From Eledone cirrhosa (lineage: Eukaryota), in contig OZ024750.1 of the NCBI GenBank assembly GCA_964016885.1, positions 8,432,001-8,496,000 of the forward strand: a DNA stretch of 64,000 bases. Direction: 5' to 3'. The translations under genes and the position numbers were made by a program. Shown piece after piece: positions 50,169-64,000 of the stretch. Each line of letters starts with the position of its first letter. Position 1 is the first letter of the stretch. The notes beneath the pieces were generated by a model, which was not told where the DNA came from, did no database searches, and saw nothing but the letters and a program-made list of their open reading frames with translations.

Positions 50169-52467
50169 TATATATCATATATATATATCATATATATATA
50201 TATATCAAAACCAATGATTGAACCAGCATCTCTGTGTAAACTATCTAGAAACTTATCCTCAGCAAAAAGATGTTTGTTCTTTCATTTGGAATTTTGTACC
50301 TTACTCTTTTGAGCAAGCTTTTCAATGATTTCACATTATTATTAATTTGTTAGAAGACAACAAAGCTCAAAGCTAAACCTGTATAAACTGCCAACTATAT
50401 AACAAACAATTTTCAACATCTGAAGCTGCAAGCATGATTTTAATATAATTTCTGAAAACTCCAATATTTTAAAACAAAAGAACAAAACAAACCAATAGAA
50501 TATAAATAAAATAAAATTAAAAAGTCTAAAAATGGAAACTTGTTCACAATTTATTATCATTAGGTGGGATGGAATATTATAACTAATTGGAACTAAAATT
50601 GTCATTAAATAATTGAAACATCTCTATATTATTGCTTGCAATTAAATAAAACAATGAAATTGTTTACTGTAGTTAAAAGGCAGCATTTGGAATATGTTCA
50701 ATGCATAAATAGTAAGGGTGCTGAACAACCTGGAAATGAGAAAAATGATTTATTTTCACTGTTTAATCAGAGAGTGGAGCATTACTCATGACAATTTTCA
50801 AGGTTTCAGAGATTGGTGATGGATACGAAGAAGGTATTCTCAAACCAGAGAGCTAATTTGTATGCTTATAAAAGAATGGACTACTTTTTGTTAAAGGCAC
50901 CCACGAGTCAGGACCCTGTGCTAAATTTGGGCAACAGATTAAGTCTTTCCATCCATTGAAAGAAAGCCACTTATTTTGTGGAGATATAGAGTAGCTGGGG
51001 TTTCAAAGTATTGTTTTGTGTGTTCAATACTGTAATATCTCTCTTGTCAGATTAGGTAGCCTTAACCCTCAACTGGCTCAATCATGCATAATTCCTCACT
51101 ATAGCATCAGTGTTTTCATGAAGTTCAGCCTCTGGATCTTTGAGCCATACAAATGCCACTGTTGACCTTCTGTGGATGCTTCCAAATTTCACCAACTATC
51201 ACGGCACTATAGTAACTAGCTGCTTTCCACATCATTCTTTTTTAAATGAGATCATAAAGTATGGGTTGAACCCTGCAGGTTTCCCTTTCCAGTTTGAGCC
51301 TGTCTGGCTGGACCGAGGCGACAGCAGATGGCTAGATGATCCTTCCATTCCATTGATGAGCTCCTTATCTGGGATGCAACATAGTGACACCTCCTGTGGC
51401 AAATTGGTGCATTTGGTGACATACACACAGACAAACAAATAGACAGACAGACAGATAGATAGACACACAGATAAATAGATGGATAGAAAAAATAGATAGT
51501 TCTTTCTTTTTTTTCTTTAACTTTATTACAATTTGTTCGTCAATGACATCTAATTGAATATATCCACAACTTACATATACAATGACTATCCTAGACAATA
51601 TACACACATATATTATATATAACCTTTACTTTTGTTTATTGCATCCTATAAAAAATTATATTAAAATATACAATATATATTTGCTATGATAATATATTCA
51701 TTTTCTCACAGTTCTTCTTAATTTGACATCGTTTGTTGTCTTCATAATGTATTTGATTAGATAATACATTATTGTTTCAACATATAAACCCATGTTTAGT
51801 GTGGAAAATGGACATTAAATCCTGATGGTGGTGGTGGTGGTGAGAGGACTGTGTTCAGTAACAGTATGTAATTTACACATATATTATTTATGGTAAATCT
51901 TTGTCAAAGATAATGTTATTTAAAAATATGTATAATATGTATATTATACATTCATCTCATTGTATATCTCAATAAATGTATGAGTGTTGGCTTTTCAAAG
52001 AAAAAAATCAACATACACAATTTTACCAAATTTATTTATTTCAAAACTGCCAATAATAAATGTCTATGTATTATTGTTTTTCATTTTCTACTCCCCAACC
52101 CTCTCTCTATTTGTTATATATATACACATACATCCACAAACACATATATGTATACATCTCTCTCTCTCTCTCTCTCTCTCTACATGCACACACACACACA
52201 TGTGTATGTATGATGATAATAATTATTTTTAATGGAGACTGTTTACTTTGAAGATTCACCAAGTTATAGGATTGTAAACAGTGGGACGAACATTTTGACA
52301 CCAAGTAATAGATAAATGTAAAGTGAATTTAACAGTTTGAGGGTGTTGTTTCAATGGCTCAGTTGACTCTTTCATGGTGTAATTGGTTTAATTTTGAAAC
52401 AGTCTTAGAAGATCAATCACTTAGCAAACACATACAACTCCACTATATATTTGTGTGTATTTCTGTC

Positions 52468-52514
<47 letters not shown>

Positions 52515-52726
52515 TATTATAAAGAAAAGAAAAGGTTTTAAATATATATCCTTTGTTTATGTAATAAACAGAGTATATACACTTAAAACCTTCTCTCTTC
52601 TTTATAATATTGACACTCCGGTTGATATCTTATTGATAATATTTTAAGGAACACTGGTCATAGAGTGCTTTACATTTGTTTACAACTAAAGTCAGTGGGT
52701 GATTTGATTAACCAACTTTCTTTACT

Positions 52727-52758
<32 letters not shown>

Positions 52759-53234
52759 AAAACGTGTTTATATATGAAACTGAAAGTGCTTGGCGCCGCA
52801 GTAGGCATTTTACATCTCTCTTTCTATATATAATATATATTTATTTATTATTACTATTATCACCATGCATATATGTGTGTGTGTATATATATATATATAC
52901 ACACACACATACATATATACATGTTTGTGTGTGTTTCCAATACTATATGTATGTCCACTAGATTAACTGTTTCTGTAGATATTTTCTTCCCCCAAAATAT
53001 ACACTACCCATTCTAAATATTACTTGTCTTGCAATGTATTCTCCAGGGACAAAACCATTCTTTCAATTTAACAAAATAGTTTGTATACTTTAAATAACAT
53101 GGTTATTTCCCATGAGTGTAACTCTTCTAATTATCATCAAAAAACTAATACTTGCAACTATACTTCTTTTCAGTTCTTGGCTTTTCTAATTCTAATTTAT
53201 TCATGATTTCATCATCATTATTATTATTACTGAG

Positions 53235-53428
53235 AGCAATGGATTGGCAGTACAAGTAGGGCACCAGACATGCTTTGCGGCATAGTTCAAATCGTGCCAA
53301 GGTTAGCTTTGCCTTTCATCATTACAGGGCCAATAAAATAAAGTACCAGTCATGCATAGGGGATGATTTAATCAACCTTCCCCCTTTCCCTCAAATTGTT
53401 GGCCTTGTGCCTTAATCCGAAACCATTA
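53235..53428 (+). mobile_element. Older SINE copy
   Basis: Diverged consensus match. Confidence 0.85.
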
Positions 53429-53812
53429 TTATTATATTCCATGATATGGTACTGGTGTGTATTGGTATGATGAGTGATAAAATAAAAAAGCTGAAATGTC
53501 AGTGATATTCCACCAGCATACATCCACTGTTTGTTTTCTTGATGAGAAGTTGTATGTATAAATTCATTAAAAATTCATTAACTGAAACTGATTTTCTTTA
53601 AAATAATTCCTGTCCTTACATTAGCATGATATAATCTGATGGTAATTTGTTTTCAAATCTAATAATATTCACTCAGAAACAAAGATTAAGTTAGTTTGAA
53701 GTCTGGGGCTATTGACAGGACAATATTAGCTTTAGAAATAGCTTAAATTTTGTAAGTTTATTTTTGTGAAATACTTATGCAAGAATAGTAGCTTCTGTGC
53801 AGTTGTATAGTG

Positions 53813-54620
53813 TACACCACACTGTGTTACACAGTAACAAGAGTATACCACTATAGATACACCACACTGTGTTACACAGTAACAAGAGTATACCATTATA
53901 GATACATCACACTGTGTTACACAGTAACCAGAGTATACCACTATAGATACACCACAGTATACCACTATAGATACACTACACTATACCACTATAGATACAC
54001 CTCACTATACCACTATAGATACACCTCACTATACCACTATAGATACACCTCACTATACCACTATAGATACACCTCACTATACCACTATAGATACACCTCA
54101 CTATACCACTATAGATACACCTCACTATACCACTATAGATACACCTCACTATACCACTATAGATACACCACACTATACCACTATAGATACACCTCACTAT
54201 ACCACTATAGATACACATCACTATACCACTATAGATACACATCACTATACCACTATAGATATACCATACTATACCACTATAGATACACCACACTATACCA
54301 CTATAGATACACCACACTATACCACTATAGATACATCTCACTATACCACTATAGATACACTACACTATACCACTATAGATACACTACACTATACAACTAT
54401 AGATACACCACACTATACCACTATAGATACACCACACTATACCACTATAGATACATCTCACTATACCACTATAGATACATCTCACTATACCACTATAGAT
54501 ACACCACACTATACCACTATAGATACACCACACTATACCACTATAGATACACCACACTATACCACTATAGATACACCACACAATACAACTATAGATACAC
54601 CACACTATACCACTATAGAT
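53813..54620 (+). repeat. Minisatellite: ~3 x 39-bp units followed by ~28 x 24-bp units (ctataccactatagatacaccWca)
   Basis: Direct reading. Confidence 0.95.
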
Positions 54621-56143
54621 GCAGCACAATACCAAATTAACTTTTATACTCATGAGAGAGATGACTACAAGGAAGCTGTCAAGTTTAATAGATTAACTGT
54701 GAATAGATTGAATGTGTATCTTTGATTGCATCAAAATCCTCCTCCTAGTCATCATCATCTGATGATAACGATTTTTATAATGAAGGCAGTGATGATGATG
54801 GTTATAAGGATTTTAGTGGTGATAATGAAAGTAATGATGGTGATGATGATGGTTATCGTAAAGTTGATGATTATAATGAAGGTAGTGATTATGATGATCA
54901 TAAGGATTTTATTATGATGATGATGATGATAGTTACAGCAATATTCAGTTAATATGACAATGTTGTAATTATGAAGACATTCAATGCCAGACTACAAAAT
55001 TCTGTCCACTAATGAATAGAATGCTGCACTGATGAAGTTTAATTAGACTAAAACATGTCTTGCATTGTTACACCAAATATAACATTTTCTCCTAAGCATG
55101 GAAATTAAATTTTCTCTGAAATTAATTCTTAATTTCTTGAAATTATCTCCCCCTTTTCCTTGAGAGGCAAATTTTATCTCATTGAGAATTTCTTCCTTGT
55201 GCCATTCATTAGATTAACATTTACTTGAACTTTTCAAATATTTGTGTAGTGTCCATTATCAGTGCAATAACTTTCTAGTTGTTCTTCATCTTTATCTTCT
55301 TTTTGTTTTTGTTCTCCTCCACCACCACCACCACTGTCATACCTATGAAAACCAGTAAAACTGTATATCTGAATGTGCCCCTCCTTCACAGCTGGCATGC
55401 CTGAAAAGGAACACTTTATCCTCTGTGGACGCTCAACCTGTTAGGTCTTCCTTAAGTTTTACATCTTGCCAGATCAGTTAGAGAGAGTTGCTTCTGACAG
55501 GACTCGTGGTAAGGAGAGAAGAATTTGGAAGAGTTTAGCAATATAACTAGCCTTCTTATTAAGCTGGAATTTTAAACATAACATAAAGTCTCTTTCATAA
55601 AATTACGAGGGAAAGCTTTTACATAAATAATATCTTAATAGAAAGTTTTTTTTTTTTTTTGTAAAACCAGAGCAGATTCAGACAGGTATTAAAAGGGTTA
55701 AACATTTGAAAAGCCTGGATATCATAATATCTCATGCCACACAATCTTTCCCACTTTAGAAATATCAAGTCTTTGTGCCCAGTCAATATTAACAGTATAT
55801 TGATTGTGATCTAGTATTCCAGATAAAATTACTTCTATTCAATTCTATCGTTCCAGTGTTTTCACTCTTAGCAAATCACCTGCAGTATTTTGTGGGAAGA
55901 TGTCTTCCTTTATACTGACAATGGACTCCAAGCCATTTCAAATTGAATCTATTCGATGATATATATATATATATATATATCATCATTTAACGTTCACTTT
56001 CCCTGCTAGAAAGGATTATATATATTGTGTGTGTTTTATATATACATACGTACACATACATGTATAGGTATATGTGTTTTTGTATATATATATATATATA
56101 TAATCATCATCGTTTAACGCCCGTCTTCTATGCTACCATATAG

Positions 56144-56186
<43 letters not shown>

Positions 56187-56881
56187 ATCTATCATCATCT
56201 TCACCATTTTACATCTGTTTATACACAAACATACAACTATCTCATCTGATGTACATTATCAAATTTCGGTATAGTGATGTTCCACTGTTTGATGATACCA
56301 ATGGTTATTTCATGTGCAGAAACATTTCTGCCAAATTTCTGTTGGCAGATTCCTTTCTCCAAATTTATTTCTACATAGAAATATTTCAAAATGAGAGATC
56401 CAATACATGATTTGTAATAAATAACTTATAACAAATATCCTGTTGGCAATCATCAAAATATCCTTTCATCTTTCCAAAGATCAACATATTCTGTTTTTTT
56501 TTGTTTTTTGTTTTTTATTAAATTCTTAACCAGCTCAGAGCAGAGCAGAGCAGATCTAATGGTTCATGAATGAGCAACCTTAAATCATAGACATATGAAT
56601 ACAACACCACCACACATATAAGTGCATATGCCCAAACACACACACATGTGCATACACCCATGCACCCATATACAAATATACAAATGAACACACATACACT
56701 CATACATGTGTGTGATTAATAACAGTGTTGGAGTTAGGAAGAACATTGACCCATAGAAACCATGCCTGACTCTCTCTCTGCCTGACTCTCTCTCTCTGTC
56801 TATTTATCTACCCACCTATCTGTCTATGTCTATTTGTCTATCTATCTGTCTGTTTGTCTATCTGTCTATCTCGCTATTCTA

Positions 56882-56920
<39 letters not shown>

Positions 56921-57654
56921 TTGTCTGTCTGTCTATCTCTTTATCCATCAAACCATCTATCTGTCTCTCTGCCAGCCTGCCTGTCTATCTATCTCTCCAT
57001 CTATCTATCTGTTTATCTATTCACCTATTTATCTGCCTATATAGATGTCTTCTGTAGTGTACAAGGGTTGCCTGAAAGGCTCATAGGCTGACTATGAAGA
57101 AATGATGCTTGAGCTGTGAAATCTTGCATGTATTAATTTCAACTCTTCTTATTGATAACTGCTTTGTTTCTTTAATTAAATTTATATATATTTCTCTTTG
57201 CCATTTAATTCCACATAAGATTTTTTTCTTTTCTTCCTGTAAAATACTCCAAGGACAGTATTTGACTACATTGTCAGCCCCTTGAACTCTGGGACCCTGG
57301 ATATAACAACAGTACCATCGGTAGGGGATGAAACTGTGTATGTTCATTTTGATGGTTGATGATTGCAGAGTTCTTTTACTTGTTCCCAATTTTGCAATGC
57401 ACACAAATACACGCACGCACACACGCACACACGCACACACGCACGCACACTCACATATCCATGAAGATCCAGGTGATGATTTACGAGAACCTTCATCAAA
57501 TGATGGATAGATTTCATGGCTGATGCTATTACTGATGAAAGACAAAGTCAATACTGACATGTTTCCGTAAGTCAGGCATTGGTTTGTATAGTACAAATCT
57601 TCCACACAAGTGCTTTATATCAATATCTATCTGCCTGGGTGTCTACCTCCCCAG

Positions 57655-57715
<61 letters not shown>

Positions 57716-57883
57716 TACGAAAAGAGTCTTTTCATATTACCCACTCTACTACTCTAAGTATTGAGTACTCTGGTGCGTTATGGTCCACCTGGTGTCTTAC
57801 CACACCCTCTTTATTACATAGCTATTTATCTATCTATCTCTATATATATGTGCACACATACTTCTCTCTCTCTCTATTTCTCT

Positions 57884-57957
<74 letters not shown>

Positions 57958-59299
57958 GACGCTCCCCAAGTAGAACACATACATACATATATATATGTGC
58001 ATACATAGATGAATACCAATGTGTGTGTGTGTATGTATATCTGTGTATATGTGTTAGTGTTAGTATTTATATATTCACCAGGTGTAAGAAGCAACTGTAG
58101 GATGGATGGTAACTTTTACACCCAGAACATGTTGCGGCTACAATTTTGGCCCACACCACACTCCACCCTCATGCCACTGCTGATCCGTGACATTTACTTT
58201 CTAATCTATTTTAAGTAATTCTTAGCTCTATATGCAGCTGTTGTTGAATTTGGTATTCTGATATCAACCAGCAGACTTTATCTTAATATTTATCTCGCAA
58301 TCCAATTGCTTCATACAATTTCTTGCTTATTTTCATTTTATTTTCTATTTTATTTTTTGTTTTGTTTTATTTTTTGTTTTATTTTATTTAATTTTAGACA
58401 GTGTTTTCTTTTTTTTTTTCTTTTTTTTTTTTCTTTCTATTTTCAAATTTTTCTCTGATACTAAATTTTAGTGTGTTGCACAGCTGGGAAACCAATAAAA
58501 TCAAGATATTATGTTGTCCAGTTTGGTAATGTATATACCTTAGAACAGTTTCCATTTTGTGTAGTGTGAAATAGTTCTATTGATATAACAAAGGTGCTCT
58601 GTATCTCAAAGATTAAAATAGTAAAAATTCTTGAGTATTTTTATAGCTCCATTAAAATTAAACATCAACAACAACAACATCAACAACAACAAAATCAATT
58701 ATATAATCATGCAATAAAAACAATCTTGTGTTTAAAAGGAAACGTGTCAAGACTGCCCCATTACATCTCATATGATTAACCACTGTAAGGAGGAGTATAC
58801 AGCATTGTACTTAACTAGGACGGGGCATGGTGGATCTGGAGCAGATAATTGTATAGTTGAGCCAAATAAGGGAGCCTCTTCATGGTCACATGACTTGCTA
58901 GAAACAGTAGCCAACTACCCCTACAATCATTCAACATTGTCTTTAAAAAAAAAATGAAAAGTTACTCTTACATTACCTGTATGAATGTTGACCAGGAAAA
59001 CAATGTTGTTGGAACATGTATAAACTAGTTTCCTTTAGCAATATTAAACCAGAATCAGTACATATAAGAAGGAAACGGTTTTGCATTACTCCCCCTCTAC
59101 TCATGTATAACAAGTATTCATCTCTATTGTTGGTTGTTTAGCCCCTAGTTAGACTTAATTAAGTACACCTATGATCAAAGGTATGTATAGATGGAGTGGT
59201 TTGAAAAGAAAAAAAAGGTTAAATGGAAGTTTAGGAAAGGAAATAGATAAATAAAGAGTTGAAAAGAAAAGATGTTATGAACAAATATAAACATGGATG

Positions 59300-59638
59300 T
59301 CATCATCATCATCACCATCGTCGTCTCCATCACGATCATCGATATTCTCCATCACGATCATCGATATTCTCCATTATCATCACCATGGTCACCATCACCA
59401 TCACCACCGTCACCATCACCATCATCGTCACCACCATCGTCACCACCACCATCATCGTCACCACCGCCACCATCATCGTCACCACCATCGTCACCACCAC
59501 CATCATCGTCACCACCACCATCAACACCAGCAAGACCATCATCACCACGATCATCATCATCACCACCACCACCATCACCACCACCACCACCATCATCACC
59601 ACCATCGCCATCTCCATCATCATCATCATCAACATCAT
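59300..59638 (+). repeat. Degenerate (CAC/CAT/CGT)n trinucleotide repeat
   Basis: Direct reading. Confidence 0.95.
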
Positions 59639-60200
59639 GTTCCTAGTGTAGCTAGTCGTTAGGAGGGGGCCTCTCTATACGCTTTTTGCAGCCAGTTACC
59701 ACCCTTAGACTCTCTTCTCAGTTGTACTAACACCCAAACACATACCTATCATACAGAGACAATGACACACACACACATACATGTACATACGTAAACACAC
59801 ATGTATACATGACAGCAACACACACACATATACATATCTAAACACACATGTACACAGAAACACTGCCACACACATATACATACACAACCATACAATGCAT
59901 AGCCCAAGTTTACAACCTTATAAGTATATGTTGATAATTCTATAAACTTCTATAGGTTATAACCCCCCCCCCCCCCCCCACACACACACACATATATGTA
60001 TTATATATTTCTATGCGTGTACGTACGTATGTATATTTGTGTATGCATGTATATATGTTTATATATATATATGTATGTATATTCGTACGTATGTGTGTAT
60101 GTAGGTATGTTCGTATGTGTGTATATGTATGTTCGTACGTGTGTGTATATGTATGTTCGTACGTATGTATGTTCGTACGTATGTGTGTATATGTATGTTC

Positions 60201-60800
60201 ACCAGTTGGTGCTACTGGTAACATGTATCCCAGTACAACCTGTCTCATGGTCGGGTCGTTGGCGACTAAACTGGCAACCCCACCAAGGTTTCTTGGTGAG
60301 GAGGGTGACTTTGGACATCCTGCAGGACTAAAAACAAAACCTGTCAAAGGGCAAAGGAGCTCTTAAGAGTCAATGGCCATCCAAAATCACCGGGAGAGAT
60401 GATCCCTTAGCCTTTGTCAAGGCAGAATTCTAGGAGAAGGAAAACTCTGATATAACACCTGCAACCCTGATGGTATCCAATGATGTTGACTTGTTCTTCT
60501 TTTTGGTAAATATCATCTTGGTTAAGAGAGTGGGACTGGCTTTGTGCAGTGCCTTTGCTCACTATAAAAGCTTCACGGCACAGGCATTGCTTTATATCTG
60601 GCGATCTCTCTGCACTTGTCGTCACATGGTACCATGGGACCAGCACTATGTGTCAATAATTGTCACAAGTGTAGTGTTTGTACCAGAGTTTTCAAGTCGC
60701 TGGCTGGACTAAAAAGTCACTCGTTCAGCGCATCGGTAGGGGTTCTCCTACATGGATATAAAGTAGTGGCCGTACTCGAAAACGAGTTGGCAGCCACCAT
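60201..60800 (+). mobile_element. Internally deleted RTE-type LINE (5' UTR-like segment joined to a C-terminal zinc-finger end)
   Basis: 5' part with taaaaacaaaacctgtcaaagggc..ggagaaggaaaactctga; 3' part CSVCTRVFKSLAGLKSH followed by a (TATG)n tail. Confidence 0.6.
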
Positions 60801-62946
60801 ATGTATGTTCGCACGTATGTGTGTATGTATATGTATGTATGTTCGCACGTATGTGTGTGTATGTATGTTCGTACGTATGTGTGTATGTATGTATGTTCGT
60901 ATGTATCTATGCCTTTATGTATGTACATATGTCTGTGTATATGCATGTACATACATATGTCTCTATGTATGTGTATATGCATGTATGTATTATCAGAAGG
61001 AATGAATTAGGCTGTAGTCCAAGTGTTTTGATTTAATTTTTATTTGGCTTCAGATTTATCTTTTACCAACTTTGCACAAACCATTATTGAGAATCTGGGA
61101 ATTCTATAAAACTTTAAATCTCTCCAATCAAGCAAAGTTTTGTCATAAATTAAAATTACTTATAGATTTTGTACGTACAAAGCGACGCATATATGTTTGT
61201 CTTTAACATTGTTTATAGAATGAAATCTAATTTTGACCTAATACCATGGAGCAGTGTTACATAATTAGAACCCACAGCTCTGGGACACGACAACAGTGTA
61301 GTTGCTGAAGCCTAAGCAAATAGAATCGAAGACAAGGTGATGGCGTTGCTTCGATTAGCCGAATGACGGCACGTATTAGTATAGTTTTCCTCAATTACCT
61401 ATATGTTTGAGGGCTTTTACGAATAAAACAATGCAAGGAAAATTGTCTTAAAAGTTAATTTTCAGACAACAAATTAATGGAACAGTCTGGAAAATTTAAA
61501 TGATTAAATTGAAGGAGAATGAACAAGTTGCAAAATGTTAAACCTAAAGAGCTCATAAATGGACTATTCCATAAATTTTCTTTCTCTTTTTTTGATTTCT
61601 GCTTAGACTCCTGTTTTCAACAAGACTAACCATTAAACCAGACGATTGAATGCTTGCTTTCTTATTGACCGAAGGGTCGATAGTTTGTGCTTGTCACTAG
61701 TTCATTGCTAGGTATCAGACAACGATACTTAAGTTTCACAAACTTAGTACCTTATATAGATATGACAATAGTAACAACTGTAAGACTGATGTGTATGTTT
61801 TCATTCTTTACATTCTGTGGTGCAGGAAATCATATTAGGAAAATATTCTTGAAATATATAAAACAACACTATGACTTTATCACTTTAAAAATCCAGGCCT
61901 TTATACTAATATTATAAGTTTTCACAATGATCTGTCCATTAGAACATATACTAAAAGTATTTGAATTAACAAACTTGTTTTTAGATATTTTCTGTTAAAT
62001 AATTACAGGATGTTAGGAGATAAACTATTTAATTCAAATAAAACTAAGATGACGGTTTCTTCAATGTTCGATCAATATATTGTCATACAAAAGATATGAG
62101 AGACTGAGAGGAGAGGGCGATGGAAGAATGTGTACTTGACCTGATCAAACCAACTTTTCTGTCAGGCGCCTCGTATGTAATCCTACATAATCCAATGTTG
62201 TACAATATATCATTTTTAAGGCGGTTGGGTGTGATTTGAGGAGAATTTGCTTGTCATCTCTAACAGGTAGTGAGACCATATAGAGGGAAAGTCTCATTTG
62301 TTGGCTGGGAGACATTGATTGATGCTGATAATTGGATAGATAGATAGATAGTTAGATATATACACACACGCACGCATACGCACTTGTATATCGGGAGGTG
62401 ACCACAATTGAAAAAGGTACTCAATACATTAGTAGAGTATAGGCATCTTTATTTTATTATAGAAATGACTTGTACGGGACTATGCACACATACACACATG
62501 TACGGATTCGTGAAGTTCTATACATTGTGTGGGTTGACGTATTCGAGATATGTACATAGACTCACATAATCTTACACATATAGATACACCACACTCAATG
62601 AAATTATATTGATAAGAACTTTATAATTAATTATGTTTTGATAACATTTATTCATTTCCTTTTCTCAGATGATTTATCTAATTCTGTGTGTTTCGTAGTG
62701 TGTGCTGTAACTATATAGTTGTGGTTTTAAATAAACTCATCGACTGAAGAAGGATATAGAATGTGTGTGCTTTAAAAATCATTTCAATAACATCAAGAGA
62801 TGATGACGCAGGCATAACTGTGTATTTAAGAAGTTCGCTATGGAACCAAGTAATTCTATTTACAAAGAAAACAGAAATAACAAAGCGAATGATATAGTAC
62901 ATTGAAGAAATAAATTAGTTTAATGCTTGAAATAGCGAGAAAAGTG

Positions 62947-62982
62947 TCTTTACGTTTCGGACACTAGTCCTTCATCAGAAGA
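62947..62982 (-). ncRNA. Minimal type I hammerhead ribozyme motif
   Basis: TCTT CTGATGA A GGAC tagt GTCC GAAAC GTA AAGA. Confidence 0.78.
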
Positions 62983-63789
62983 TAGTTAGAAATAAAAGAT
63001 ATAGAGGAAGAAATGTGTGTGTGTGTGGGGGGGGGGGAACATGCGTATTCAGTCAGTTATTTTGGAGCGACAAATGTCTTCTGTCAAATAGCCGTGGGTT
63101 GACCAATATCTTATAAATGGATGGCTCCTATACACGATGAGATACGATACGTCTTCACTTCAACAGAGAGTGAGAGAGCAACATTTTATTCTCTGAGGTT
63201 TTGAATGAGAGTCATGCAATTCTGAACTGAAATCTACGAAATGCATAAGATCAATATTGATTGATTTAAGATATGTATAACAATTTGTTTCTTTGATTGA
63301 TTACACTTTATCTCTTAATTTTGTCGAATGTTCTAGATTACATCTCAAGTGTAGGTTCTTGATATTTAACATTCAACTGGCGCCCACTCTTCTAAATTCT
63401 GCTTTATCTTTTAAACAAGATGAAAAGCACACATTACACTCGGGCTATCAATGTCTTGAGAATCTAATGCGAAATATATCGCTCAACACCGTGATGAAGC
63501 AGAAGATAATATGGAGAAACATTGATTTATGCCGATTACATGCATATGCGTGAGTCCCACAACTCATTGTAGGGGTATCTGTTGAAGTATTCGTGTTTAT
63601 ATAATATATATATATAGAGAGAGAGAGGAAACCAGCTTAGCAAAGACTGACTGACTCTCATTCTCCAAGGTATAAAACTCGTAGCTTTTAAAACATCCAT
63701 CAATTAATAATTATTTAATGATCTTGCTGTTTACCAGTGATTATCTAAGAAACAACAGTTCATATCCCGGTCGTCTCTGATCCAGGAGT

Positions 63790-63985
63790 CTTCTTCTTCG
63801 TCTTTTCCCACTTATTCCTGAGATTGTTGTGGAGGTAGAGTCCCCAAACACTCCTTCCAGCGGGTCCTGTCAGAAGCAACCATCTCTAACTAATCCGGCT
63901 GGATCACCAAGTGAGACCAGCCAAGCTCATGGATGTTATCCAACCATCTTGCTCGGGGTCTACCCCTGGGTCTCCTACAGGTTGG
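63790..63985 (-). mobile_element. RTE-type LINE 3' fragment
   Basis: Minus strand reads RRPRGRPRARWLDNIHELGWSHL...VASDRTRW, then a GAA tail. Confidence 0.82.
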
Positions 63986-64000
63986 TTTTGCCTGTAAAAT

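Noticed and set aside
51140-51470. Upstream GPCR exon
   Set aside because: No transmembrane or class A motifs; more likely a decayed LINE fragment, like the GC-rich patch at ~39030-39210.
53810-54640. 276-aa Tyr/His-rich repeat protein
   Set aside because: GTG start, purely minisatellite, no signal peptide; antisense to the presumed GPCR intron.
59259-59662. Poly-His, Pro/Ser-rich and Thr/Ile-rich ORFs
   Set aside because: All frames are open because it is a CAY trinucleotide repeat; no splice or domain support.

Overview
AT-rich, microsatellite- and SINE-dense eukaryotic genomic DNA. The repeat landscape suggests a cephalopod (octopus-like) genome; this is an inference. Main content: (1) a 5'-truncated CR1/L2-group LINE on the minus strand with an intact endonuclease+RT ORF2 (493-3276) and the tail of ORF1; (2) a frameshifted hAT/Buster transposase with its right TIR (to 5926); (3) a 16-exon M17 leucyl aminopeptidase gene (+, 7503-20784, 520 aa reconstructed by hand), with a Merlin/ISXO2 transposase fragment in intron 1; (4) nested MITE/Helitron/SINE insertions and a second decayed Buster transposase (23-28 kb); (5) the terminal TM7/C-tail exon of an alpha1-adrenergic-like GPCR (-, 48312-48766), whose upstream exon lies beyond the window. 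Most interesting observations: ORF2 of the LINE has no AUG and sits in the -1 frame behind a G_GGA_AAC slippery heptamer; a 24-nt inverted patch matching the neighbouring transposon lies at the LINE 5' junction; several hammerhead-ribozyme motifs occur in Penelope-like relics; there is a ribozyme-like fold at the 5' end of an RTE element; and a 30-bp-phased repeat/spacer array sits directly upstream of the aminopeptidase start. All coordinates were read by eye and repeat boundaries are approximate.
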